Shown piece by piece: positions 26,984-39,659 of a stretch of DNA of 64,000 nucleotides (position 1 is its first letter; each line of letters begins with the position of its first letter). The stretch is taken from NCBI GenBank assembly GCA_002104905.1, contig MCFE01000102.1, positions 107,614 through 171,613 on the forward strand. The letters run 5' to 3'. The notes beneath the pieces are model-generated. The model was not told the DNA's origin. It did not search any database and worked only from the letters and a program-made list of their open reading frames with translations. The stretch is from Basidiobolus meristosporus CBS 931.73. Lineage: Eukaryota > Fungi > Basidiobolomycota. Both the position numbers and the translations under genes were made by a program.

Positions 26984-27170
26984 TCCACAAATCTGAAAAT
27001 GTAACACTGGAACACTATGAATGGTGGTAACTGTTGAAAAACCAGGTACAAGAATAGTACCAATCGCTGATAGATAATTTACGCCTGATCGAGTACTGTT
27101 TATTTCAACTAAACCATGTTCAACCACCATTAATGCTTCGTGGACACACGGGCCAGATAACAAGCAACAA

Positions 27171-27569
27171 TCAGCGCTTACATGTAGCTTTCATTCCCTT
27201 ACCAGGCCAACTCTTGCGTTTGGAGTATTTGGGGTCGATCCGGTAAGGAAAGCGGCTCCTAGATGCATGGGGCCATACTTCGTTTCCATTCCTCTTGAGT
27301 TCAGCAAGCACTTTCTCGATCCTCTCTGAATCTCTATCAATCACATAACAGCCAGCATCGGCTGGGCAACCATGTGCAGTCTCAACCAAAAAGATAATGC
27401 TCCCATGAGAGCAGATAGCATTACGACTACCACGTTTAATGATCAAGCCCGGATAATTCTCAGGAGTAAAATCTTCGTTTTCTTGTGGGGCGAAATCACT
27501 CGAGGCAGTCACTGTATCTTTCAACAGAAAGGTGAACAAAGCCACGAGGAAAACGGAAAAGTGATGCAT
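27171..27569 (-). CDS. Small secreted 4-Cys protein, family member S1 (132 aa)
   Basis: Hydrophobic N-terminus. Motifs FTPENYPGLII, AIC.HG, GCY, NGN.VWP and WPGKG..ATC are shared with four paralogues. Confidence 0.85.
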   Translation of the reverse strand: MHHFSVFLVALFTFLLKDTVTASSDFAPQENEDFTPENYPGLIIKRGSRNAICSHGSIIFLVETAHGCPADAGCYVIDRDSERIEKVLAELKRNGNEVWPHASRSRFPYRIDPKYSKRKSWPGKGMKATCKR

Positions 27570-28184
27570 GACACCTGGCTGCCTGATGGTGATCTAGAGC
27601 TTGGGGTGGTTTTATCCTGAACTGGTCCCAGCGTTTCATCGTGCTCACACATGGGGTATCAGCTAGATATCAACTAATCTGAAATGCCAGTGACGTTCCG
27701 CAGGTTTCAAGCGACAATATGACGCATAATCTAGATGATTCAATTCTCTACTCGCCGACTGCAGCGCCTCTTTGTTAGAATGATCACCAGCTTACGTCCT
27801 GTGTAGTTGGGTACTGGTGATATGGTAGTGCTCAACTGTCAAGATACTGTGGTCATCCACCCTGATTTCGCAATGAGAAGGGAATTCAGTACTTTGCTAT
27901 GCTGACTAATCGATGCAGGTATGGTTGGGTTACCCACTACTAAGCAGTCCTAAACCCACTCAGTAGTCAAGTTGAAATTGTGCTTGGAATTGCCACATTG
28001 TTCACTACTAAGATGAGGGTTCCCCAACAACCAAGCTTGCCTATGTAGGAGTGTCCCTCGGCTGATGATGCACTTACCCGAGAAATTGACCCAAGACCCA
28101 TACATTAGAAACGAGTTGGATGGTTTTCGTGGATGTGCTTGCATTTTTGTAGCGTTGTCGAATGATACATTTGTGAGTGTAGGG

Positions 28185-28447
28185 TGTTGTAGACCGCATG
28201 GTTATTCTCAACCGTCAAGACAACATAGTCATCTAGAATACGGAAAGACATAGAATATACGGCCCTCTCCGTCAGCAGCCGAACTCCACCCGAAGGGCTT
28301 CGCTCAAGGCTGGCAGATGGCGAATCGCTCGATGATGTGCCGGATAGAAATCTACACCACTGATGGGCGAACTCTCGTGGAAGAGAGCTCTGTGTGCTTC
28401 GTAGTACCGATTGAAAGTAGGCAGATGCCTACGATCCACATCAACTG
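28185..28447 (-). ncRNA. snR30: snR30/U17-like snoRNA copy 3 (ACA box)
   Basis: ATATTCTA...AACCAT-gcggtct-ACA. TATA at 28480. Confidence 0.82.
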
Positions 28448-28934
28448 AAGACATAGGAGAACTCTGTGACTCCTTTTATACAATCAGCTCCGAACTTTTT
28501 TTCAACCTTCAATGAACTCAATAACAACAACAATAACAATAACAATAACAGTCCAATAGCCATCCTAAATTTGGTCAGTGATCTATGTTGGTTAATTACT
28601 TACACTCCACGACTTGGAAAGCACTTTCGGTTACCCAACGATGCTTATATATGAGCTAATTAAGCTTTGAGACCATAGTCTTTCACTCAGTTACCTAGAT
28701 TCACCTGTCAATCTCTGATATTTGTCATCAATATTATATTGAAACATAGAGAGAATTCCACTCCCCAGGGATAAATCAAAGAGGTGTTGCTGAAAGGCAG
28801 GTTGTCTCAAAGAGGCTGTCATTCATGTTTATATATGAATAGATGAAGCTTTGATGCCACGAGCTTTCACGCGAATATTTCCATTCACTTGCCAATTCCT
28901 GTTATTTGTTTCCAATATCATAATCTAGATAGTA

Positions 28935-29197
28935 GAATATTGGCCGCATGGTTATTCTCAACCGTCAAGACGACATAGTCGTCTAGAATACGGAAAGACA
29001 TAGAATATACGGCCCTCTCCATCAGCAGCCGAACTCCACCCGAAGGGCTTCGCTCAAGGCTGGCAGACGGTGAATCGCTCGATGATGTGCCGGATAGAAA
29101 TCTACACCACTGATGGGCGAACTCTCGTGGAAGAGAGCTCTGTGTGCTTCGTAGTACCGATTGAAAGTAGGCAGATGCCTGCAATCCACATCAACTG
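28935..29197 (-). ncRNA. snR30: snR30/U17-like snoRNA copy 4 (AUA box)
   Basis: Same motifs. TATA at 29230. Confidence 0.78.
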
Positions 29198-29500
29198 GTT
29201 GCAAAGAATCACACTGGCTCACTTTTTATACCAAAGATTTTGGCCCCCACCCCTGTATTATGTACCGTGATTAAACCTGGAAAATCAGCGTTTCGTTCAC
29301 AACGAGACTGTGCAACCATTAAAACTACATATCCGATAAAAAGGATTAGAAGTGCTATGGTGCACTGGTTGGCACAGGCCAGCATGAAAAATACGCTTGA
29401 TTGAGAACTGTTTATTTCAACACCACTATAAGCCAACAAGTGTGACATTTGAACCACCATTCAGGTTTGATGGATGCACGGGCCAGATAACAAGCAACAA

Positions 29501-29901
29501 TCAGTGCTTACATGTAGCTCTCTTTCCTTTACCAGGCCAGCTCTTGCGTTTGGAGTACTTAGGATCGATCCGGTAAGGAAATTCACTTCCAGATGCAAGG
29601 GGCCACACTTTGTTTCCATTCCTCTTGAGCTCAGCAAGCGCTTTTTTCGATCCTCTCAGAATCTTTATCAATCGCATAGCAACCAACATCAGCTGGGCAA
29701 TTAATTACTGTATCTACCAAAAAGACGATGTCCCCATGAGAGCAGATAGCATTGCGACCATCTACTTGGATGATCAAGCCCGGATAATTCTCAGGAGTGA
29801 AAATCATCGTTTTCTTGTGGGGCGAAATCGCTCGAGGCAGTCACTGTATCTTTCAACAGAAAGGTGAACAAAGTCACGATGAAAATGGAAAAGTGATGCA
29901 T
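29501..29901 (-). pseudogene. Secreted family member S2, with two +1 frameshifts in homopolymer runs
   Basis: Colinear with S1 but 2 nt longer. The extra bases lie near 29800 and 29645. This is either a real pseudogene or a sequencing error. Confidence 0.7.
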
Positions 29902-30494
29902 GACACCTGGCTGCCTGATGGTGATCTAGAGCTTGCGGTGGTTTTATCCTGAACTGGTCCTAGCGTTTCATCATGCTTACACATAGAGTATCAGCTCGAC
30001 ATTTGCATAATCTGGATGATTTAATTCTCTATTCAATATGACCAACTTGCTGACTACAGCGCCTCTTTGTTAGAGTGATCACCAACTCACACCTTGTTCA
30101 ATTGGATACTGGTGATCTAATAGTGCTCAACTGTCCAGATACTGGGATCATCTATCTTACTTTTACAATAAGGAGGGAATCCAATGCCTAGCTATGTTGC
30201 TGATTGATGGTGGTATAGGTAATACTAGCTACATGAACATGCACACTACTAAACGGTCTTGAACCCACTCAATACTCGAGCTGAAACGGTGCTAGGAAAT
30301 GTCACACTGCTTAATACTGAGTTGAGGATTCCCCCAACAACCAAACTTGTCTATGTAGGAGTACCCCTCGGCTGATGATGCGCTTACTCGAGAAATTGAC
30401 CCAAGACCCATACATTAGAAACGAGTTGGATGGTTTTCGTGGATGTACTTGCATTTTTGTAGCGTTATCAAATGATATACTAGTGAGTGTACGG

Positions 30495-30757
30495 GGTTGT
30501 AGACCGCATGGTTATTCTCAACCGTCAAGACAACATAGTCGTCTACAGTACGGAAAGACATAGAATATACGGCCCTCTCCATCAACAGCCGAACTCCGCC
30601 TGAAGGGCTTCGCTCAAGGCTGGCAGATGGCGAATCGCTCGATGATGTGCCGGATAGAAATCTACACCACTGATGGGCGAACTCTCGTGGAAGAGAGCTC
30701 TGTGTGCTTCGTAGTACCGATTGAAGGTAGGCAGATGCCTACAATCCACATCAACTG
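30495..30757 (-). ncRNA. snR30: snR30/U17-like snoRNA copy 5 (ACA box)
   Basis: Same motifs. TATA at 30790. Confidence 0.82.
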
Positions 30758-31089
30758 AGGACAAAGGAGAACTCTGTGGCTCCTTTTATACAATCAGCTC
30801 CAAACTTTTTTTCAACCTTGAATGAACTCAACAACAACAACAATAACAGTCTAATAGCCACCCTGGATTTGGTTAGTGATCCCACACTATAACTAGTGCT
30901 ATCTATGAAGAGAGTCTCACACTCCCCAGCGATAAATCAAAGAGGTATTGCTGAAAGGTTGTCTCAAAGAGACTTTCTTTCATATTTATATATGAATAAA
31001 CGAAGCTCTGAAACTATAAGCTTACACCAATTTTGTCTATTCACTTGTCAATTCCCGTTATTTGTTTTCAATAAAATATTTAAGTATTA

Positions 31090-31352
31090 GAATATTGGCC
31101 GCATGGTTATTCTCAACCGTCAAGACGACATAGTCGTCTAGAGTACGGAAAGACATAGAATATACGGCCCTCTCCATCAGCAGCCGAACTCCACCCGAAG
31201 GGCTTCGCTCAAGGCTGGCAGACGGTGAATCGCTCGATGATGTGCCGGATAGAAATCTACACCACTGATGGGCGAACTCTCGTGGAAGAGAGCTCTGTGT
31301 GCTTCGTAGTACCGATTGAAAGTAGGCGGATGCCTGCAATCCACATCAACTG
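31090..31352 (-). ncRNA. snR30: snR30/U17-like snoRNA copy 6 (AUA box)
   Basis: Same motifs. TATA at 31385. Confidence 0.78.
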
Positions 31353-31685
31353 GTTGCAAAGAATCACACTGGCTCACTTTTTATACCAAAGATTTTTGTC
31401 CCTACCCCTGTATTATGTGCCGTGTTTAAGCATGAAAAATTAGCAATTCGTTTTGAGTAATACCACATGCAAAACATCATGGTAACTAGCAACCGTTGAA
31501 AATACAGAGTCACGTATCCCGTGAATTGATTTCAAAGTACTATCGTGCAATGATTAGCATAGATCGACATGGAAGATATGCTTTATTGAGCACTATTTAT
31601 TTCAACACTACCATACTCTAACATGTACAACATTGGAACTACCATTATGGTTTCAAGGACGCATGGATCCGATAATGAGCAACAA

Positions 31686-32081
31686 TCAGTGCTTACATGT
31701 AGCTCTCTTTCCTTTACCAGGCCAACTTTTGCGTTTGGAGTACTTGGGGTTGATTCGGTAAGGAAAGCCTTTCCCAGGTGCGTAGGGCCACACTTTGTTC
31801 CCATTCCTCTTGAGCTCAGCAAGTACTTTTTGGATCTTTTTCGAATCTTTATCAATCGCATAACAGCCAATATCCGTTGGACAATCGTGTACCGTCTCAA
31901 CCAAAAAGATGATATCCCCATGGAAACAGATGGCATTATGACCACTAGTTTCAATGATCAAGCCCGGATAATTTTCAGGAGTGAAAGCATGCTCTTGCTG
32001 ATGGATAACGCTATGGCTACCAAGAGCGATTCCAACGCACGAGGTGTACAGAGTTGCAAGGAAAATAGAGAACTCACGCAT
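31686..32081 (-). CDS. Small secreted protein S3 (131 aa)
   Basis: Signal-peptide-like N-terminus. About 74% identical to S1 over the mature region (manual count 73/99). Confidence 0.85.
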   Translation of the reverse strand: MREFSIFLATLYTSCVGIALGSHSVIHQQEHAFTPENYPGLIIETSGHNAICFHGDIIFLVETVHDCPTDIGCYAIDKDSKKIQKVLAELKRNGNKVWPYAPGKGFPYRINPKYSKRKSWPGKGKRATCKH

Positions 32082-32723
32082 GACACTTGCTCATTGACAA
32101 AGTCTTCCTGGCACTCAACCTACATTTATTAGGAAGTGACCGCATAGTTTCACATTACTCAAACATAAGGTCTCAGTTGAGCATCAATCAATCTACAATG
32201 CCGGTGATCTCCCTCAGGTTTCGAGCTTTCATATGAGATGACAGCTTTGCAAATCCAAATGATTTTAGATTCTCTAATCAGTGTGACCAACTCGCAGACT
32301 ACAGCGCCTCTTTGTTAGAATGATCACCTACTCGCATCTTATGTAGTTAAATACGGATGACATAGTAGTTCTTAACTGTCAAGGTACTGTGGTCATCCAC
32401 CTTGATTTCGCAACGAGAAGGGAATTCAGTACTTTGCTATGCTGCTAATCGATGCAGGTATGGTTGGGTTACCCACTACTAAGCAGTCCTAAACCCACTC
32501 AGTAGTCAAGTTGAAATTGTGCTTGGAATTGCCACATTGTTTACTACTAAGATGAGGGTTCCCCAACAACCAAGCTTGCCTATGTAGGAGTGTCCCTCGG
32601 CTGATGATGCACTTACCCGAGAAATTGACCCAAGACCCATACATTAGAAACGAGTTGGATGGTTTTCGTGGATGTGCTTGCATTTTTGTAGCGTTGTCGA
32701 ATGATACATTAGTGAGTGTAGGG

Positions 32724-32986
32724 TGTTGTAGACCGCATGGTTATTCTCAACCGTCAAGACGACATAGTCATCTAGAATACGGAAAGACATAGAATATACG
32801 GCCCTCTCCATCAACAGCCGAACTCCACCCGAAGGGCTTCGCTCAAGGCTGGCAGATGGCGAATCGCTCGATGATGTGCCGGATAGAAATCTACACCACT
32901 GATGGGCGAACTCTCGTGGAAGAGAGCTCTGTGTGCTTCGTAGTACCGATTGAAAGTAGGCAGATGCCTACGATCCACATCAAATG
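32724..32986 (-). ncRNA. snR30: snR30/U17-like snoRNA copy 7 (ACA box)
   Basis: Same motifs. Its unique upstream flank still has TATATAAAG 32-34 nt away. Confidence 0.82.
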
Positions 32987-33011
32987 ATTCAGAAACTCTC
33001 TCTACCACCTG

Positions 33012-33020
33012 CTTTATATA
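33012..33020 (-). promoter_or_regulatory. TATA box in a third, unique flank
   Basis: TATATAAAG at the same offset as in flanks B and C. Confidence 0.65.
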
Positions 33021-34059
33021 TGGGATTCATTGTACAAATTCGGAAAAAAACAACAATATCAGCAATGACAATAATATTGATCACCAATTAGATTCTCCTA
33101 CCCACATAATGTACGCTGAAAAAAAGCCGCAAGCATCGTTGCTATTCACCCGCTCAAGTCACATTTGAAATAGGCACCGTACCTCATTAATTCCATCACC
33201 ATCACATTGGTATCCATTACGTTTCCCTTTACCAGAACAATTCTTAGGTGGGGAAAATCATTCCAGCATGTGGCCATACGGCCAATATCCGTCAAATTGA
33301 TGGTATCTCGGTAGCAAAAAGTAGCATGGTTTTCTTCACTTTCGGAATTCAGGTCTGGGCGGTCTTCAGCAGCGAACGGATTCACACACAACGAATGTTA
33401 CACTGCTCCCAGCAAGTGAGATGAAGAGCAGTCGGAGTGGCTTAGAATTTCTATAACTTGAGATACCGGCAGTCTATCCGACTCTGGTCTGATCTTTTGA
33501 TTGCACCAGCAGTGTGATATGGATCGAGTATCCTAGAATTCATCTCAGGACAATGTTGAGATATCAGACGCCATTGATAACTCGATACAATCTACCCCAC
33601 ATCTCCCTTGTTGTCGGCGAACTAGAAAAAGAACGATCGACGGGACTAGAAGTCACAAGAGTAATCACAATCAACTTCAAAAACTCGTAGGTGGTTGGAT
33701 CGCTAGTAATTATTGAAGATTGCTGTAGTATGTAGGTTTGGGAGTATTCGGGTATTTACGGAATTATGGCAGAGTCAACAAGCGTGAAGCGGATCTCTTC
33801 TAGTTCTGGAGTGGGAGTGGGGTTCGCCAAGAGAACAATAGATTTATTCGGGCTTTTTGTGGCAGCTTTGTCTCCATAACCAGAATCTTTGGATGTATTG
33901 TAAACCCAAAGTCATCTATGGCCAAATAGGGCATTGATCGGTTAGCGTACCGCATGAAGGTTAACGAGAGCTAGTCAAGTTACGATATGAAGCAGTAACG
34001 ATAGGGATCCTTTATTTCTTATCCAGACTGATATAGGCACTACCCCCTCAACTGACCCT

Positions 34060-36040
34060 TTATTGGATCTTCATCAGATTTGGTACATTCACCACGTATC
34101 CTATCGTTCCGCTGTGATCCTCCTTTTCGATGTTCAAGGTGAATTGCCAGCCGTTTGCGTCGGTAGGATCGATGGAGCACCAATTACGTCGGTTCAAGAT
34201 TTTCTTGAGCATTCTTGATTTCCCGTTGACGTCTTGAGAGAAAAGCTCGATCATCTGTTCTTCCGTGTTCTCGTCAAATTTGTAGGTGGATGAGGAGACA
34301 TGCAGAACGCGCACAACCATATCCGGAGGAGGCCCGTTGACGATCGCCGATGAGATGATTTGCACCATGTAGCGATGATCACGCCCTGGGTCAATGGTCT
34401 GACCTCTAGTGGCAAAGTAGCCGGCTCCGCCTGCATGGACATCCCCGGCCAAAAACGTTACACGAACGTTCTTACTTTGGGCAACCTGCTGCAGGCGTTG
34501 AACGAATATTTGCCGTTCTAGCATGTGAGGCTCGGCGGTCCAATGGTCGGTCAAGTCATCCAGAAGCTCAGGCTCACCAAAGGCGTTCATGACCTGCGGG
34601 AAGGCGCCGGTTTTTTGGAAAAGTGACGAGGCAGAGATTCCTTGTAAGGTGCTTTCGGCGATACTCAGGCGGGGGTAAACAATAGGAACTCCAAAGCCAA
34701 CAATGAGATGTTGGCAGCTAGAGGGGATCTGCGTATTCAAAACATCAAAGATCATATCCCAGGTTTCACGAGAGATGATCTGATGTTTCAATCTCTCAGA
34801 GCGGGTATCAAGTGCAAGCAGACACGTGGTTGGGCCAAGATGCTTGAACATCTGGTAACTGCGATTTCCGAAGTATCCGTGCTTGAATGCAAGTTCTCGG
34901 GTGGTGTGTTGCTGGAACAAGAGGAAATAGTCTATAGCGGTCTTTCCAATGCCTGAAGTAAACCGATTTAGCCGAAGCAGCTTCATCGTAGAGCTACATC
35001 GAAAACGTACCTTGGATAACGGGAGAATTCTGCAAGGAATCGGGATAAGAACCATATCCGTCAAAGATATCATGATCGTCCACAATATAGATGGTAGGAA
35101 TGCAGGCTTGGGCTTCTTTGAAGACGCCGGTATCGAAATTGAGGCAATAATTGTTGAAGTAGAAGCGCTCTACTTCACTAGCCATTGAGCTAGTCCACGG
35201 TGCCTTGTCTCTAGCCGAGCGGTTGGAAATACTTAGCCATCCCACGATCTCGCTGATGGAAGGAAAGACTGCATCACAATAAAGTTGGTCACCGCCACCA
35301 ATCATAGCGTGGTAGGGCTTGCTATTGTGTTGGGCCATCAAATCTCTCCACAGCGGGTCCTTGCCTCCAAACTGCGCCTGGGGATCCTTGATGTCTGCAG
35401 AGAACCCATTACAACTCCAGAATGACATGCGCCATTGCTGGTGGAAGGCGGGGACTGCGAATTTGTAGCTTACTTTGTTCTCAATAGAATAGTTCACCAT
35501 CTTCTCCTGTTGGCCCATCCTCACACGGATATCAAAACGCCAAAAGATATGCGAACCATAGGTATAGAGTCTCTCGCCAGGAATTTGGAAATTGTTTGGG
35601 CCATCTCGAAGATTAAGTGTTGGTGTGCGAAGCCCATTATCGTTCAGAGTGATATACAAGACACTGCCGTACCATACCTGAGAATTCAGATCTACTTCGT
35701 AGAAACGGAGGAATGGCCCAACGTGATCGCCAGGTGGAGCAGGCGGAAAGCCTTCCTTATCACTCTGAGAATCGCCTTCACCTTGACCGGGAATATGGGG
35801 AGTTATTGGTGGTTGAACGGGTATATTGGAGTATCCTTGTCCAAGCTCAGTGTAGCCTCCATAGTTGGGGTTGCCGTTTGAGAATGAGTCCGGAAGAGGG
35901 AACGAATTCCCGGGATGATTGTTGTAGTGACTACCAGAATTCTGAACAGGGTATGGTGGGTGGTTGTTGCCGGTTCCATAATCAGGATACTCATTGGGAT
36001 CTGGCATCCCAAAGCCGGAATGGGAGTTGTAGTGGGACAT
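34060..36040 (-). CDS. PhoD-like metallophosphatase
   Basis: FWSCNGFS, HAMIGGGDQLYCD, VDDHDIFDGYGSY, LDTRSER, DDLTDHW, FLAGDVH and QIISSAIVN. One intron near 34953-35010. Confidence 0.88.
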
Positions 36041-36405
36041 GTGGGGCTACCGGAAGCTGGCGTGAGCAAGGCTGACCGAGAATTTCGCCAAAATAGTTTT
36101 TCACGTCTAGCATAATACCCGGTCATTGTCCCCAAGCATCATTGGCTAATGCGGAATTTGTTTCCCACTAACACAGACCACAAATGCCAAGATCGATGTT
36201 CTCTCCAAAATTCAGGTAACCAACCTGAATCATTGATTTGGAGGAATATCTTAAATTGTGTGACGCCATTCAATCGGCCAGATATCCGATTACTCCATAC
36301 TAAGTTAAGCATCGGATTCAAAGTTAATGAATGTTGATTACAATTGAGGCTTTTCTAACCTAAATTTCTGACGACACATATTGCCTACTAACAACGTCTG
36401 CCAAG

Positions 36406-39400
36406 ATGACCGAAACGAGCACACGGTTTCCGGAACATCCCGCCAAATTGGACTTGTTGGAATTGCAGAGCCTAACAAATCTAGATGACATTCAAGAGGC
36501 CTTAAGACTATTGGATTCCGAAGAAAGTCTAGTAGATTCGGAATTGGACCAGATTCTGGCGTCGAAATCGGAGGTGTACGAGGCGTTGGAAGGCTTGGAT
36601 GTGATCAGGTAATTCGAGCCAGGATAATGCTACAATCACTCTATCCCTAACTCCTCTGGGAATACGCCAATCCTCTAGACCAAAATTAGTGAAGCTCACA
36701 AAACAAACTGAAGACATGGTTGACAATGTCATTAAGACATCATACACTGCAGAGAACATCAGCTACAAAGTTCGCCAACTCGACTTCGAACAGGTCAAGA
36801 GCGGTGGAATTTGCCTCTTCTACTTCCTTACTAAATGCAATATATAGTACGCAGTGAAGGAAGCCATCAAGAAAATAGGCGATACTCAAGAGCTGAAAGT
36901 AACCGTAGGGAGATTTCAAATCCTCTCGGGAGGTTGCTAAATGGTTTTCTCAATTTTCTAGGAATGTATAAGTGGGCTCCACGCAGCCATTGAAACAAAA
37001 GACTACGAGAGCGGAGCTGCATTGATCCGTCGTTATCTCTCGCTAGATCCTCTGATATTCGATGAAGGTTTTGCATACTTTGCCGTAGTGAGTAGCCTTC
37101 CGAATTGCGTATACCCCATTTATCGTTCTCACTAAACTTCAGTCTATCCAAGTCGTCCGAGGAATACGCAGAGAATCCAAGAGAGCTGCTTGAGAACGCC
37201 CGAAATAAGCTCGTCTCCATGGTTGTTGAAGAATTTGAAGCCGCCGTACGCGCAGACAACCAGAAAGATATCGGGCGTTATTTCAAATTGTTCCCAGTGA
37301 TGGGCAAGGAGGAGCAAGGCTTGGATGAATATTCACAATACGTGTGTGGAATCATTTCTAAGCAAGCGCAAGAAAATCTAGCGAAGCCAGGTAACCCGCA
37401 TGAATATCTTTGTCTGGCATTCACATGGTAACCATGGCGATTTCAGTCACCACCGCCACTTTCTTCCCCGATATTCTCATGAACCTTTTTGAGACCATTG
37501 CCATCATTATCGATCAACACACGCCAGTCATTGAGGCACACTACGGCCCAGGTCAAAGTGCTGAGAGTAATCCAAAGATTAGAGCAGGAAGGAATCACTC
37601 GAGGAAGAAGAATCATCGACTCCTTCCGTGAGGAGCGCCAGATATCGCGCAGGGTACGTTCTAAACAACACTGAGAAACCACGGTGTTCAACTTGTAAAC
37701 GGTACAATTTAGATAGCAGAGATCAACTCGTATATCAGCGCCAGTAAAAAGCCACCGAACCCCAACAAAGCCACCGATGTGATACCGGAGCCCAAAACTT
37801 TGGACGTGTTGCTTAACGAGCTCGTGATGATTTGCCAGAGAGTGCATCTTTATCATCGCTTCATGCATTCCAGAGCACAGGTAGGAAGAGGCAGGATCAT
37901 CGAATCTCTTTGTCAACACTAACAAGCTGTGCAGAGTGAAATCAGCATTTTGAGAGCGAAGCATCAAGCGGAGGAGATATTGATTTCGGAGAATATTGAA
38001 GCCTATGATGAGGATGGTCTCTTACTCAACAGTGAACTGAACAAGCTGGTACAAGAGTTGACCGATGATTGCATCACAATGGAGAGCTTCTACTTGAGAC
38101 GGTCCGTTGAAAGAGTAGGTTTTTCGCAGCGCCCACTTTCCATGAATCACCGAAACTTAGAGACGTCATTTAGGCCATCAAGATGGATGAATACGAGAAC
38201 GGCAACCTTACTTCAAGCTCGGTTGATGATGTGTTTTATTTGTTGAAGAAATGCTGCAACCGCACAATTTCCATTTATAATGTCGAGTGCCTCAAGGCTA
38301 TGATCGGGGTGATCAACGACGTGTTGGAAAACAACTATATTGGAGTGTTCCAGAAGAGACTCTCGGGTGGCATCAGCACTGAGGCTCGTGATGAGAATAT
38401 CATTTACATGGTAATTGACGAATGCCGCCTTCCTCACAACAATATGACTAATGGCCTTCCCTAGGTATTGCTGAATGACGTGGACGTTAGTTGCGACTAT
38501 TTGCAGAAGCTTCTGGAGGAAGTCCAAAACGAAGCACTCAAGATAATGTCCGCATTAAAGGATGGCGAGAAGATTACTGTTCAAACTTGTTTAGCTTCGT
38601 TGAACGATCCTGGGGCTCAACTAAAGCAGATTTTACAGGTGCATCTTTTCTTTTGCCTGGTGCATTGGTATCTCCGATTAACCTATGGCAACGTTTATTG
38701 CTCCTAGACAAGCCTAACACAGCTAGCCAACCAACGTGCCAAGCCTAGAGTTCGACCGATATTGCAAGAATCGTACAAGGACGTCAAATATTTGTTAGGT
38801 GAGGAAGAATATGTTGCCTCGGAGAGTGATCAGACCTTTACCAAGAGATTTACTGGCAACTTCGACCGATTCATTGGGATGTTCAAGGTATTTGCCATAT
38901 GCACTAGTACTGCGCTTCCCCTCTCGCTAACGCATTCTTAGCAATACCTCACGGAGAACAACTATAGGCAGCTAATGGCTCATCTGGTCGAGGCATTTGC
39001 ATCTGATTGGGAGCGGATGATAGTTCAATTTAAGTTTACCCAGGTAATAGCTTTAATAGTTGGCCTTATTAGGACATGCACTTATCAAGTCCTCAATGAC
39101 TAGCTGGGCGCACTTCGCTTAGACAAAGACATTCGCACCTTGACCACGTACTTCTCTACAATCTCGGGGCTGACGGTTCGGGACAAATTTACCAGAATCA
39201 ATCAGATCGCTGTGCTACTCAACTTGGACCAGGTCTACGACATCTATGATTATTGGGGAGACAGAGCCTGCCCAGCAACATGGCGGCTCACACAGTCAGA
39301 AGTTCGGAAGATCCTTGGGTTAAGGTTTGTTGATAACTTGCATAATCATGCATGACTTCAGTGACTGACGTTGAGATTCAATAGAACGGATTTCCGCCAC

Positions 39401-39427
39401 GATGACATTGCCAAACTTAAATTCTAG
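36406..39427 (+). CDS. COG4: Conserved oligomeric Golgi complex subunit 4
   Basis: IGRYFKLFPVMGKEEQGLDEYSQYV, MESFYLRRSVE, SSVDDVFYLLKKC and LGALRLDKDIR...RDKFTRINQIAVLLNL...WRLTQSEVRKILGLR. Confidence 0.92.
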
Positions 39428-39659
39428 AAAGTCCAACTGCGCTCCAGTAGGGTACCTCCGAATCCATCGATCCTCCAGTAGGGTAATTTCAAATTCCTTA
39501 AATAAAGAATATTGGCATTGGAGTCGCTCTGGATAGCCAATGAGTGTTGTGATTCAATGGGGTTCGCTCTAAGCACAACGCCCTGTTTCATCCGTCAGTC
39601 ACGTTAATTCAAGAATAAATGGAGCCGAAGCGACGAGGTCAGCTTCAAACCACTTTCCA

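Larger units (their letters stand above)
25664..32986 (-). repeat. Tandem array of about three 2.2-2.5 kb units, each with two snR30/U17-like RNA genes and one secreted-protein gene
   Basis: The module 5' ends at 25926, 28447, 30757 and 32986 give periods of 2521, 2310 and 2229 bp. Spacer sequences are shared between units. Confidence 0.9.

Noticed and set aside
27950-28144. HPRKPSNSFLMY resembling an HMG-box start (also at 32489-32683)
   Set aside because: The rest of an HMG box is absent and the frame is not kept in unit 2. This is most likely spacer sequence.
25664-32986. CRISPR array, hammerhead ribozyme or Helitron/MITE interpretation of the array
   Set aside because: There is no short repeat-spacer structure. 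CTGATGG/CTGATGA lack a proper stem II plus GAAA core. I saw no TIRs, TSDs or Helitron termini.
33146-33960. Small minus-strand gene upstream of the array
   Set aside because: I could not build a consistent spliced ORF or recognise a domain. It remains possible.
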